Notes under the pieces: generated by a model
What the model saw: the letters and a program-made list of their open reading frames with translations, nothing else
Databases searched by the model: none
Told to the model about the DNA's origin: nothing
Assembly (NCBI GenBank): GCA_964016885.1
Contig: OZ024746.1
Coordinates: forward strand, 87,544,001 to 87,608,000
Direction: 5' to 3'
Source: Eledone cirrhosa
Taxonomy: Eukaryota
DNA: 64,000 nucleotides
Made by a program: the position numbers and the translations under genes
In this document: positions 45,443 to 59,469 of the stretch, piece by piece
Numbering within the stretch: position 1 is the first letter of the stretch
Layout: each line of letters opens with the position of its first letter

Positions 45443-46730
45443 CCTGTGTGTGTGCGTGTGCTTGTGTCTGCGTGAGTGTGCTTGCAGAGGGCTGTGTGTG
45501 CGGGCTTGTATCTAACTGACTGTACTAGACCGGCAAATACTTTATTATTTACGGTATTTTTGTTGATTGCCGAAATGTTATGCGAATGAAAAAATGGAAC
45601 AGATAACAGAAGCAATAAATAACGTTATTTTATTTTAAATACTTTAGACATTGTACGAAATATATTTTTTAGTGGGCTGGGAGGAAGTGAGGCTGTCATA
45701 AATTCTACTATCTCGTTTTTAGAACTGGAGCTGATCAAATAAAGCAACCGAGAGAAAATCGATTGACCGTTACTTAGAAGCAAAATATACTATTTTGTAC
45801 ATATTCCAGCAGAGGTGCAATAATTTCAGCTGCTGGAATGGTAACCAAATGCCTTCCAAATCATATCATATTTTAGTAAGAAATGTAAACATGTATTAAG
45901 AGAAATGAAAATGAAAACGATTCTTTAATTCGGATGTACATGACTTGAATCCCTTGATTATATTCCTTGTAAATCTGATCTATAGACTTGACATATCACG
46001 ATTGCCGTAGAATAATTTAAAAAAAGAAACATTTAAACCTCAGCTCAGGACATTTATCAGCCAAAATGTTTGATAATTGTCATCAAAATGTGAGAAGCAA
46101 ACAATAAGAGTTAATAAAAATGCGGGGTGGTCGTTCGGTGTGCTTGAATGTGTAGAAAAATATCTCGCAGATGACAAACATCTGTTCAAAACACTATATA
46201 TAAGAAAATATCGAGTCGTAAATGTTAGAGATTCTCAATTCACGGACTTGTAGTTGATTTACTAAATGGTAACAAGTATTACAATTAAAACTACTACAGA
46301 CAAATGTCCAGTGCAAATAATAACCATAACATATATTTTGATCAATGTAGGAATATGAAAATCCTTGATAGCCCATCAGCTATCCCCACCACATTCTTTA
46401 GAATCATTCATTTAATGACGAAGGAATATCATACAAACCACAATCCCAGTATTCCTAGAAGTAAAACCAGGAATTATATAAGGATCTATAATTCAAGCTT
46501 TATATCACACATACACATTAGGGAGAACAAATTTTATTCACTACTGGTATATACATCAGAGATGATTACTGACTATCATATGTCCTAATTGCATGCATTT
46601 GAATTTTACTTGATTTTATACATATATATATATATATATATGTGTAAAAGTTCTATTTAAATTGTTGGGAGGCAACAAGCAAATAATTTTATAACTAATA
46701 TAAAGCACTCAACAAATAATTGGAGTAAAA

Positions 46731-47127
46731 ATACGATATTAACAAATGGAAACTATATTTATAAAACCATATTTATTTCATTATACATATTTCAAGGACA
46801 CCAAGTTAAATTATGGTGCGCTTTTATCAGATAAAATATAATATAGAGCTCTCTCTCTCTCTCTTTCACCGTAACCCAACGGCTTATTTAAAAATATCCA
46901 ACACAAATTTACATAATAGTATTAATAAAGTTATAACCCCACTATCCGGGAGCTTCCAACAGTAATCGTTGCATTCTTTAAGGGTATGTCAATATTTATC
47001 TATAAAACTGCTCTATATTATATTTTATCTGTTGAAAGCACACCACAATTTAACTTGGTGTCCTTGAAATATGTATAATGAAATAAATATGGTTTTATAA
47101 ATATAGTTTCCATTTGTTAATACCGTA
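46731..47127. mobile_element. Family D inverted-repeat element, one mutated hammerhead per arm
   Basis: Arms 46731-46850/47010-47127; cores CTGATAA (-, 46774-46838) and CTGTTGA (+, 47021-47085); stem I TATTTTAT/ATGAAATA. Confidence 0.88.
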
Positions 47128-47186
47128 TATATATATATATATATATAGAATTCACAAGATTCAAAGCTATGTTCAAAGCATTTATT

Positions 47187-47245
47187 CACTTACGATTGTT
47201 TCATCCACACCTAGGCTTGGTGTCTTCGGAGCATTTTTCAATGCT
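47187..47245 (-). ncRNA. Candidate U3-A8 hammerhead, family I
   Basis: agca-TTGAAAA-ATgctcc...ggAT-GAAA-CAATCG-TA-agtg; stem I poorly paired. Confidence 0.45.
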
Positions 47246-47860
47246 TGTACAAATAATTGACCTCCTATCCAACGCAGGAGACATACAGATACATATATAT
47301 ATATATCGATGTACAGTGGAGTGACATATATTATGCTATACTATATTTGTACAGCAATTCAAATTTAAAATCAAAATCAAAATTAAAATTAAAATTAAAA
47401 TACATGCGGAAATAACACAGATAATGTAAGAGGATAGTTTGATAATCAGATCTAGTAGATAGTGTATGCGTTTGTCACACATAGAGCATGCGAGTGTGTC
47501 TCATTTTATACGATTATTGTGTGGCAAGGTCTTACATGTAATGCAAGCACTTTAAGCGCGTAAGCAAGAGTTTTATGGTGGTTGTAGTGGTAGGGTATTT
47601 TTTGTATAGATCAAAAAAGTATTTGTGCAGAAATAGAAAAGGAAAAAGAAAAAGAAAAAGAAAGTTATAGTTTTCGCATCCACCACCATTTTCACACTCA
47701 GAAATAGGAAGACATAGGTTTTACATCCATCACATAAGTAACTGATTTTATTACATTGAGCTATTTATCTTACTGGTAATAAGGTAGTAATAAATTACAG
47801 ACCTTCCCTGTTTATAGTTTAAAATATACATGACTATCCTATCAATAGTATCCTTAATAT

Positions 47861-47929
<69 letters not shown>

Positions 47930-47941
47930 GATATACATACA

Positions 47942-48009
<68 letters not shown>

Positions 48010-48029
48010 AGTATGTTTTCATCCTCAGT

Positions 48030-49407
48030 ATACACTGGAGATGAAAAACTCAGAGCTTTATGGGAGTCTCCCAAAAGTCAGCTCAAAAGTGACACATATT
48101 AGACTGAGAAGGTCAAGCGGAGGTGGCGAATGCGTACATCTCGTCCGTCATCTACTACAGCTTGTCCTAAGCCTCGCCCGACTGCATTGGAGCGTTTGCT
48201 ATTTCGATGTTGTGGAAGGGACGCGCTCCGATGGTCAGGTGGTCCATCTGCTGTCAACACCCGCTACGTGGAGGGCTTGGCATGCCGTGGCTGATAATGC
48301 GCAGACACGCGTTCAGGCTACGACATCACTACCTCTTCCTCGACTTTGATCATGTGTGGTCGCCCTTTGCTAGACCCGTCTTTCCCCAACCCGTCTCCTT
48401 GACGGAGCTGCAGTCCTGGGTCAAGTGAAGATCGAGAGGGAGCGCTTGGAGAATTGAATGTCTTCAGGCGCTCACGGCCCTCGATCAGTCACGCAATGTG
48501 ATCGGTGGAAACTCCATCTTGGCGTTCTATATAGGATTAGTGGAGGGGAAGAGCGATGACGTACTTGGGAAAACTCTAGGCGCCGACGAAAATCAACTAG
48601 CCAATCTCTTCGGAAGAACTTTCGGGCCGGGGCCTATGGACATTTTCCAGAAATCCCTGGCCTGACAGTGCTACCGAGGAGCTTTGACAGTTCGGGATAA
48701 ACTCTAAAGGCACGGAAGTGCCGTCATCGGGCATGTCCGAGATGCGCGCAGGTCAACAAACCGTCCTGCACGCACTCGTCCAATGTCCGAGCATTGCTGA
48801 CTTGTGGGTTTGTGTCGAACACCTGCTGTCGCGTGTAGAACGGATCTAGCTATCAGCTGAGTCCATCGTGAGGATTGCCCCGCTCTCTTCCTTTAGCTGA
48901 GAAGGGCAGGCAGTTTTTATCTGTCTGGTGGCCATGGCGAAAGAGATAGTATGGTGGACACGTTTGAAATGGCTGAAGACGAGCACTTACCTCTTCGGTG
49001 ATGCCCTGATTAACTTTTTCAAATTTCATTTGAAAAGGAAAATCAGGGTAGAAAGGGAAGTGTTCTCTACCCAGCATTTTGTTGAAAGATGGGTGTGAGA
49101 GGCAATAAAGGCCCTAGTGAATGGACCTACTCTGAGTATATGCCTGTAAATTGAAGGTGGAAAACTGGGATAGGGCAGATCCTTGGTGGTCTGAGTCACA
49201 GTGACTTTTTTAATGGGCTTTCTCCACGTTGGCTCTCGGAAGTCTCCCCCCCCCCCTGTTGGGGAATTTTTCATTATTCTTTTTATTACATCTTCTGTTT
49301 TTTTTTGTTTTTTTTACATACAGAAATGCCCATTTGTACCGTCATGTATTGTCATGTACTGTCCTTAATGTCTACTTTGTGTAAACCCTTGTGTTTAATA
49401 AAGAAAG
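48030..49407 (+). mobile_element. L1/Tx1-like LINE 3' fragment with CCHC zinc finger
   Basis: Frames give FQKSLA*QCYRGALTVRDKL, CPRC...LHALVQCPSIADLW and KEIVWWTRLK; AATAAA near 49397 then (TAT)n. Confidence 0.8.
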
Positions 49408-49425
49408 TATTATTATTATTATTAC

Positions 49426-49480
<55 letters not shown>

Positions 49481-50386
49481 AACATATATACATACCTAAA
49501 CAGACAAATTACATATATATGAGTGTGTGTGTATGAATATGTATCTACATCTAAAATCAAGACAAGTTCAAATATGTATATATTGGCTATTTGTAAAAGA
49601 CAAATAAATGTATATGTAAATATGTAAGCAGACATGTACACTTATCTATATACACTCATCTGAATGCATAGGTGTATATTTATGTGAATACATGCATGTA
49701 TGTGTGTGTTTCTGTATGTTTGATATATATTCGTATGTATGGTTATATGCATATTTATATTTTTGCGGTAAAAAGTGAATAACAATAAAGTCATTTCATG
49801 ATAACGTCAACGATGTAGCAATACATAAGTCGGGTATATTCAGAATCGACCAGTTTGTTATTCAGTCGAGAAATCTGTTTGATCTTTTACACAACAATGT
49901 TGTATATCTTGCTTTCATTATATTTTATGAAAGAATGCTTTAAGAATGTTAATCCAATAAGATGACTTGTTTTCGTGTTGGACAATGAAATATTGGAGGT
50001 TGTCGTTTTGAATATGCAGAAATTTATATACATTTTTATATATATGCGTTTTCTCTACATACATTTTGTTGTGAAAATAAGTGTTTATGTTAAACATATA
50101 TGCGTAAACATATATGCGTATATGTATATACTCAGTTTATAGAATTATACATGTTAGATCAACAAAGCAAAAACCACATATATATATATATATGCGTTTG
50201 TATTTCTATGTATGTATAACTGTACATTTAAACTCAATATTCAGGTACGATCTAGACGAACAGAAAATAAAATTGATGTCTATGTATATAACATTGGAAT
50301 ATTATACAGACGATGTATACCCACGCATTATGAGCGTAGGTGTGTTTTTTTCTCTCTCCTAATCTCTGTCTCTCTATCTATCTCTC

Positions 50387-50431
<45 letters not shown>

Positions 50432-50451
50432 CTCTCTCTATATATATATAG

Positions 50452-50493
<42 letters not shown>

Positions 50494-50500
<7 letters not shown>

Positions 50501-50690
50501 GTGAGTTTTTTTTACAAAAGGAATAAAAACCGAGGTATCATACACGAGTGAAATTATAAGGAAAAAAGATGAAATCGAAAATACTACTGGAGTCTTTTTT
50601 TTTTATATTTATTTATTTGGTTCCTTTACCGGTTTCGCAGTTCTGCTTTTCAAATGTAAAATTGAAATGGAGGGTTTGTGGTTTTTCTCA
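50494..50690 (-). mobile_element. Family G element with U3-A8 hammerhead (50623-50657)
   Basis: acat-TTGAAAA-GCAG aa CTGC-GAAA-CCGG-TA-aagg. Confidence 0.75.
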
Positions 50691-51439
50691 TATCTCACAT
50701 ATATATATATATTTCCGCGCGCGTGTGTGTATATATTTAAACATGAATACAATGACTATATGAACGTCAATATACACACATACAAAGAAGATTTTGAAAA
50801 TTCATAAAATATTATCCACAACGTTTCCGGTTTTCTTCGCAAAGAAATTAATTTATCAGTTTCCGTTTATTTTCAAAGTATGAATCGCTTAGAATTCGTT
50901 CTGAACCTTCTCCCCTCCTTCACATCATCATCATCATAATCCTCCTCCTTCTTCTTCTTCTTCTTCTTCTTCTTCTTCTTCTTCTTCTTCTTCTTCTTCT
51001 TCTTCTTCTTCTTCTTCTTCTTCTTCTTCTTCTTCTTCTTCTTCTTCTTCTTCTTTTCTTCTTCTTCTTCTTCTTCTTCTTCTTCTTCTGCAATATGTAT
51101 TTCCCTTTTATTTCTCCATTATGGCTTTTCTCTCTCTCTAGATATATATTTTCTACAGTGAGGTAGTGCTATTCTCAATACGTGTGGCGTGAGAGTTATA
51201 TTTTTTGTTGTACTTCTTGTAGTGTCAAGCCAGGGATCATTCGAAAATAATTATCTGATCCTTTATTGATCATACCTCTTGCTCATACAATCACTGTTAT
51301 TGTAATCACCATTTTTCCAAATTCAATCAGTTTGTCAAATTCGTTTGCCGCATTATTTTGATCACAGACTTTGTTATTTTCGTATTCTACAATAACATCG
51401 CGTCTGTTACCTTTGGGGGATTGTAATGTATATAGAGGA

Positions 51440-52400
51440 AAGCTCAAAGAATCGTTATATTGCATCCCCAGCTACAGCCTTGATGCCTAGATTATACCAC
51501 TTGGCCGCAGATTTGGTTTCATATTGCCGACATATTAACCGTTGTAGATGGTGACCAACTCTTCCATAGCTTCATTCATACTTTACAAGTGCAAAAGCTT
51601 TACATCCAGATATTAAGAGATACTTGTTTTAATTTCATCATGGCAGAATCGTCATTCTGGAAGGGCTTCAATTTCTCTTCATATTGGTTTGATGGTTTCA
51701 ATATAATAAGCTTTGATATTGAGAATCTAAGATGATGCCTTAACACTCTGATATAACTATTAATGGTAGGCTTTTAGTGAACATCAGCCTGTCATCTCTG
51801 AGCCACATATTTATCATGCAGATGTTTCTGCTCCTACCTTGATGACAATTACTCATGCACTCTTTTATTGGCATTTAATTGCACTTTCTTTGCAACAGAT
51901 GTTGACACAGCTCACTTGGTCTGTATAGCCTGAGTATTATTCATGCTTTCAGTAGCAAATTTATTCCTCGTTTTCAAGAACTAATGAAGCGTTTTAAACC
52001 GCTCATAATGTTAACGTGTTTCAGCAGACAGTGGTTTGTTGCTTTAAGATAATTAGCCAGTCCAGTTGTATTTATGCGGCCATCATATTCTTGAACTGTT
52101 TTAGAAGAAATATTTCGAGGTCGTCTTCCCATTATCAGGTCCCAGTATCCTGTTTAACATTGTCTAGGAACGTTTGGTTTCCATTGATAGGTCTCATTGT
52201 CAAACTCTCATGGAAGATGATGAGCCCATGTAATATGTTTTACTGCCAAATGAATGAGGCAATGTTAAATATTTACTAGCTGTACGGGATGATGAAATCA
52301 TCTCAGAGAAGACAATGCTGAGTGCATAAAGCTCACCCATCTTTTTCTTGTGGGGTGGCCATCTCCCAAGTTCTCATTCTCAGTCCCAGCAGAGTGCCAT
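51440..52400 (-). mobile_element. Highly decayed RTE-like LINE remnant
   Basis: Faint RT C-terminal motifs (CHDEIKTSI, YVGNM); no intact ORF. Confidence 0.4.
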
Positions 52401-52609
52401 AAGTCTCGTTGGTTGGCTAAGGACATATATGTAATCAAGATAATTATCTTCAAAGAATAATTCAAGATTACAATACATAGTGTCTAGAAATATAGACAAA
52501 TTCGTTTCGGGTACTAAATGTCATCCAGACAAAGAGTTTCTTTTAAGTGGGTAAAGGCCTTGAACTCAACCAATCCCACTCTCTGAGTAGCGAAAACACT
52601 ACCCGAAAA

Positions 52610-52927
52610 GAAGAACTGGTCAACATCAGCGGATACTTCTGAAGCCGCAGGTATTTTTTTCAGAGTTTCCCTCTCCTAGAAAGGTGTGATAACAACTTGG
52701 GGCCTTTCACTCCCAGGTGAAAAAAAAGTACTATTTCGATGGCCATTGACTCTCCTGAGTTCCTCTACCCTTTGCCGGGTCTTGTATTTCATCCCGCAAT
52801 GTGTCTAAATATCACACTCCTCACCAAGCAAGCGTGGTGGGGTTGCCGGTTTAGTCGCCGACGACCCGACTATGATACAGGTTTTACTGGGTTACATATT
52901 ACCAGTAGCTCTCCAGAACGACGTGAC

Positions 52928-52930
<3 letters not shown>
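52610..52930 (-). mobile_element. RTE 5'UTR-derived element
   Basis: Reverse complement homologous to 11311-11615 (GGTCGT.GGCGACTAAA..GGCAACCCCACCA; CTAGGAGAGGGAAACTCTGA). Confidence 0.8.
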
Positions 52931-52984
<54 letters not shown>

Positions 52985-52989
<5 letters not shown>

Positions 52990-53994
52990 CTAAATGGCAA
53001 TTTCTGACTGTTTGTGAGTGTTTGTTTGTGGATTTGTCTTTGTGTTTATTTGTTTGTGAACCTAAAACTCATAGGCTACCAAACCGATCTTGAGGAAACT
53101 AGACACGCATGTGGCACTCATGCCCATTTGATTTCTTACGTACTTTGAAGTTTTAAAAAATCGATAATGTCCAGTCTGCAACGATTTTTTTATAAATCAA
53201 TAGGACATTTGCATGCAAATGCTCATATGAATGATATTTTCTGCCATAACTTTTAAAGTTCTCAACCGATTTCCTTCAGAATTGAAACACAGATAGATTG
53301 TGTGCTCAGGATGGCTCTACGCTCTGAAAATATTATCCCAAACAACTCGCGGAATGCAAAAAGCCGCACAAACCTATGTTTCATTCGGTTTGTTTCTTCT
53401 GATATGAGCAACCAATTTGCTTTAAGCTGGACAGGTGCATTATTTATGTATCAATAATGTGTTAAAGGTTTCCCCAGGGCAACTTAAAGGAGAGACACTG
53501 CAAATATCGAATGTCGTAAATACTTTTTTCAAACATCATTGATACACCACTTATGTGCAGTGGGTGTTTTTATCCAGCGTGACAGAGGGTTATACAACAA
53601 TGGGATGGATAACAATTGAATTTGCCCTCCACATGCCGAGTTTTACCCAGACAAATGGGATTGATGGGTTCTGGTTGGGTAATGCAGGGGTATATTCCAA
53701 AAATGCGGGCGGAACCCTTTGCGAATCGAATAGAAATCTTCAAATATTTAAAAATTACCCTAGGCTGTGTCATCTTTGCTGCTAACATGCGAATATTTAA
53801 CCGAATGGAACATATTACGGGACGGATAGAAAGCCTCTGTGGGACGCAATAACCAATTGGCTGTGGTGTGGACATCACCGACGATTACCGTGTTTTCCTA
53901 TAAGACTTATTTCAACCGAGAACTTTATCAAGTGTTATTTCTGCACAAACCATTGTATTACTTAAACCCAAGCAACGCTAGGTACCTCAGCTTG

Positions 53995-53995
<1 letters not shown>
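52985..53995 (+). mobile_element. Probable non-autonomous Helitron
   Basis: 5' TATATAACT followed by GTTT-like microsatellite; internal AACCGAT repeats; 3' hairpin ACCCAAGCAACGCTAGGT then CAG-CTTGT, CTAG-like end. Confidence 0.6.
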
Positions 53996-54056
<61 letters not shown>

Positions 54057-54119
54057 GTGTGTGTGTGTGTGTGTATGTGTGTGTGTGTGTGTGTGTGTGA
54101 GAGTGTGTATGTGTGTGTG

Positions 54120-54150
<31 letters not shown>

Positions 54151-54705
54151 TTGTGTGTACGTATGTGGGTGGGTGTAGGGGTGCGTGTGCATACATGTAG
54201 CAAAATAAATCGTATGAGAAAACGGAAGAGGTAAAGGGTGCTTCATCGAGTGTGAGAGTGTTGACATATTGTTTATTTACTTGTATTAGTAATCTAAATG
54301 CATTTACTTTTATCAATAATCTAAATTTCAATATTGTCCCATTTCCTGACGGGTAGGACACAATTGATATCGTTCCTTGACGAAATTTGCAACATCTTAT
54401 ATGATATAAAATAGTTTTGCCTTACATTAAACCTTCATGGATATAATCTCTAAGTGTATGATGCTTATGTTTCCCAGGTGATATTCTAACGCTACCTAAT
54501 TTCATTGAAATATAAACGAACTCAGAAGCTAATAAAATAATCGGAAGTATCATATTTGGCTTTTAAACTTGCTTGAATTATGCATATATCTTGTTTACAA
54601 ATCATTACATATTTTACTCTTTTACTCTTTTACCTGTACCAGCCATCCGGCTGAGGCAGTGGTGGGGCACCAGAAAGTTTTCATATATCAATATTTATCG
54701 TTCTT

Positions 54706-54741
54706 TCTTCTGATGAAGGACTAGCGATCGAAATGTTAAGA
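54706..54741 (+). ncRNA. Minimal hammerhead, family J
   Basis: TCTT-CTGATGA-aggactagcgatc-GAAA-TG-TT-AAGA; stem II weak. Confidence 0.55.
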
Positions 54742-54812
54742 CCCTCCTCCTACTATATCAAGCGTTAACCTAATATATCCCACCTTTTACACACACACAC
54801 GCACACACACAC

Positions 54813-54875
<63 letters not shown>

Positions 54876-57800
54876 AGCACTTGACAATGTTTATCATTCT
54901 GCCCGTTCACTATGTGCGAACTATTAAAAGTTATCTGCAATAATATATCAATTCTATTATACTACACACTATATCAATAGAGGGTTCTCTCTATGTGTTG
55001 ACAGAAATAGTAACCTAGAATTTCTGAAATATTAGCTTTGAAGAAGAAGGGAAAGAAATATCAGCTGGCTTCATAGAATTTCGTGATGCTAGATCTTGTT
55101 TACAAATTACTACTTATAGATAGAAAGTTTTAATATCTGATTATATACAGTTTTGACTCATCAGGTAGAAACGTTATGTAATACAGTACAGCTCTGAAAA
55201 CAAATTCTAACCCACTAGTGAAATAAAAAAAAAATACCCTTTAAACTTGACTCAAGACTGACACCATTCATTTAATGTTTGACTGCTCATATCTTTTCTC
55301 TTAAAAAAGTCTTTCACTTGTATACATAATTTACCTATTTATAGAATATTCTTGTGAAACAGAATTTATATTTTGTACATTTTGGGTGTGATATAAATAT
55401 TTTATTATGATGCTAAGATGTACTATATATTTTAGCCAACACTGCATAGGGAGACAGTTATGTATAAAAGCTTCTCTTATATACAGTATCGCATATAACT
55501 CGACACTAAAGCACATATTAATAGTCTCTTTTCAAAGAATGTCTACATAATCGATTATAGATTGAGTGTGGAAGAACTGAACCTTTTTCACATTCCCCAC
55601 TCTTTTCCAAATATCTATACATCCATATAAAACTGTAGTAGTCTGTGTGTGTATGTATGTGTGTGTGTGTGTGTATGTGTGTGTGTGTGTCCTAATTTTT
55701 GCAAAGTCTATACAAATCCACATTTCTACTCCGATTGACTTCAAACTTGCATTTGTATATTCCTTGCGGTTTAAAGATATTAACTTCAGCTTTTATTTTT
55801 CAATTTTCTGTTGATAAAGGCGTATTTTCACTGAAGTTTTAAGCCCTTTTTGTCGGCTATTTTATCTACAAAGTTCAAGAGAGACATCTCTTTAGTATTT
55901 TGAAAGAGTTACCTCTCTTTATAGACTATATTATCCCTACTTAAGCGTACATCCCTTGAAATTGTTGATGGTGATCCCAATAGTAACTCCGAGGCGTTCG
56001 ATATCCGATTTAACAGTTCGGTCTATATCAGATTGGGTAGATTTTTGTAACCTTAAATGTATCCAACTAAATTCCTTCATGCTCTCTGCAGTTCCACATG
56101 CTTACTGCTCTGTAACTATTGCTTTCATTGTACCATAGCGCAACAAATTCATGTTCGGTTTGTTGGATGTCTTTTCACTTAACCCTATCGTCTTGGCTTC
56201 CGTTGTTTGAAAACTTTACTCTCAGGCACCCAATTAATTTAAACCTCTGGTAATAAACGACGAATTTTTTTTATAAGCAAAAACTGTAGACACCATCCCC
56301 AGGCCGACGTATTCCGTCCTGTTCTGTACTGTTTCAGAAAGGAGGGATAAACCTGCCAATCTATGTTTAGAAGCCCGAACAACGGCGAGCCATTCTGCTA
56401 GTACTCTATAAAGGGCGAGTTCTTTTCCCATGACTATGCACATATATTTGGCTAAAATTCTATAATAATTCACCTTAGCAAATTGCTCTTAGGTGACCAG
56501 CTCTACATTCATGCGTTTATCGAACCAGCTCCCAAGAATTAGTTCGTTTCTGCGAATCATTTAAACCATATTTACAGAATACGTAATTGATATTGACTTC
56601 ATAAACAATATATCCATGGCAAATTAAAGTGAATATAAGTAGCTTAATATACTACGTATTTCTCTTATTCTCTCCAGAAACCGTATAAAATGTATGTGTA
56701 CATGCTACCACAGGGACAGTTTTAGTGAAAAATGTATATATACATTCTGTATCCATAAATCTATTGATGTTTGAAATTAGTAGATGTATTTTGAGAGGGA
56801 ATAGTTATTGAAAATTAATCCGCAAGTTTCTAACACTTTTACCAATTATGAGGTAAATATGTGATTCGACAGTAGGAATGTTGTAAATCTAGTCTCAGAA
56901 TATATTTTATATCGTTTGTATATGAACAGAACTCATAGTATACGTGTATATTTCTTAGTCTCTAATTCGTTTTTATACTAATTTCTCTATTGCAACCGTT
57001 TTAGACGTAAAAGAATAAAAGTAATTTATTGTTTCGTTTGTTTTTCGTCTGAATCAGATTTTCCGACATTGTATGACTATTAATTTCCTGAACCAGCAGT
57101 TTTAATCTAAACACATTTTATCCCTTCTACATATTTATAAAACTTGGAAAGCTGTTTTATCTTAGATTTATCCGTTGATATATTTTGACAAGATAGCAAC
57201 CCATATATTATGGAAAATATTGGAATGGCAAGTTGTGAATTTCAGACTTTCAACAAGATAAAACATAATAAGCACCCCCCTCCACCTCAATAAAAGAATA
57301 ACAAACAAATCTAAGAATACCATTGTTAGCGGCTTGAATAAGACGGGAAATGACAAGCATGGGAATAGAAATGTATCACCGCTCTTATTACGCGAGCGTT
57401 CTGATCATCATGGCTGAAGTAACTTACTGAATTATTGAGATACGTTGATTTCATTTAACAGGAAACTGGCCAATTTTTCCATGCGGCAAATATAGTCAAT
57501 TAAATCGTATATATTATATAACACACAATTCGTGGAATGGATGAAATGTATTGTGGTTTATGGTGAAATCGGTTTTCACTAACAAGTCATATTGAGAGAG
57601 ACCTATTGCGGAATTTTAGTGTCTAGGCATTAATACTATACAGAGATAGGTTGGCTGTACATTTGAAAACAGGCTACACATTATATCACAAATCAATATA
57701 TTGTGATTAGAATATATGGCCACAGTATACGTATACAGAATACTTAATTATTATAGTCTATAGTAAGATACGTTCAAAGACCTATTGATTCCTTTGATAT

Positions 57801-58198
57801 CAAAGTTTTTCTATAGGTACTGTCACATAGACACATGGATATCATACACACATACAGACAAATAAAGAGATATTTATATACGCATATGTATACATGCGTG
57901 TGCATCTACGTGTGGTTATATATAAATATATTTATTTATATGCATAAAAAGACATATACAAACACACAAACATACATATATATATATGTGTGTTGAAGTA
58001 TAGAACTTAAACATGCATACGGTCATAGCTAGACAGACAAAGATGTGTGAGATCTCTATGTTTCAAAAGAAATTCCAAAAATATAAACAGATATTAGCGT
58101 GGTTAGGAAATCTCGAATAACGAACATATGGATCGTTAAACGCTTACACATAAACATATATACTCAAATAATCAGAGATGTATGCAATCAAACATGGT

Positions 58199-58267
<69 letters not shown>

Positions 58268-58275
<8 letters not shown>

Positions 58276-58368
58276 ATACTTTGGGAGGGTCATGTTGCCA
58301 ATAAGAAACACACGCACTGGTGCGTGTGTTTCTTATTGGCAACATGACCCTCCCAAAGTATAACAATA
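58268..58368. repeat. Perfect ~100-bp palindrome next to (TA)n
   Basis: ATATTGTTATACTTTGGGAGGG...ACACACGCAC tg GTGCGTGTGT...CCCTCCCAAAGTATAACAATAT. Confidence 0.93.
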
Positions 58369-58604
58369 TCGGTTTCAACACACGATTTCAGATAAAGAAT
58401 CTTGCTAAACAAATTCAGAAACGAAATATATATATATATATATATATATATAAGCAAATGAATGAATGAAGGTGTTACTAGCCGTTATAGCAAGTTCTTC
58501 ATGCAGATCTTACATAATGTTCCGCACATCTCTGTAACACTCAATCTCCTCCTCTCCTACGATACATATTTCCTATTATATATATTTATATATATATATA
58601 TATC

Positions 58605-59295
58605 TTAGTCTTATTCTTAGTTCCTCCAGTCCCTTATAGAACATTGGGCGACGAACTTCCTCCACTTGATCCTGTCACTGGTGGCCCTTCTAGTACCTCT
58701 CCAGGTAATTCCAATCTCCCGCAGGTCCCTGAATGTGCTCCGCCATGTTTTTCGTGGTCTTCTCCGTTCTCTCCTGCCGCCTTCTGGTACCCAATCCATG
58801 GTAATAAGCGCAGGTCGATCTGCCGGCAAACGAAGGATGTGGCCGGTGAACCGCCGTCTCCTTTTCTGGACAATGTCCTTTAACCTCTCCAATCCTGACC
58901 CCCTCATCACTTCCTCGTTGCTAACTTTGTCTCTCCTTGAAATTTTCAATATGGTTCGAATGACAATGCAGAGAATGTTGGCCTGCACAAAAAACCAAGA
59001 CCATGTCAACAGGTGACCCTCCAAATCCTCCCATCATGGTTGGTCAGCGTAACATTGAATGTGTAAACCACTTCCAATACCTTGGCAGCAACATCTCTGA
59101 CGATGGGGATGGTGAGGTGGATGTGCGCACAAGGCTGCGAAAAGCAGCGGCGGTCTTCCAGCGACTCCGTCCGGTATGGTCCATGTGTTCCATCGGCAAC
59201 GCCGTCAAATTTCGTGTTTACATGTCCATTGTAGTACCAACAGCGATATATGCCTGTGAGACATGGAAGAGTACGGAAAGTGTATGTAACAAGCT

Positions 59296-59300
<5 letters not shown>
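58605..59300 (-). mobile_element. RTE LINE 3' end with 5' inversion (minus 58617-~58960; plus ~58963-59300)
   Basis: Plus: KTM...FQYLGS...IYACETW...NKLDV; minus: RTILKIS.RDKVSNEEV...FTGHILR...RPRKTW. Confidence 0.92.
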
Positions 59301-59350
<50 letters not shown>

Positions 59351-59386
59351 TATATACATCAAGATTGTTACATCAATATATATCTA

Positions 59387-59437
<51 letters not shown>

Positions 59438-59469
59438 ATATATATATAGGATTATCCTGGATGCAGTAA

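Noticed and set aside
55790-56560. Very old LINE-like remnants (also ~30100-30250 and ~40000-40350)
   Set aside because: Only faint motif resemblance by eye; needs a profile search
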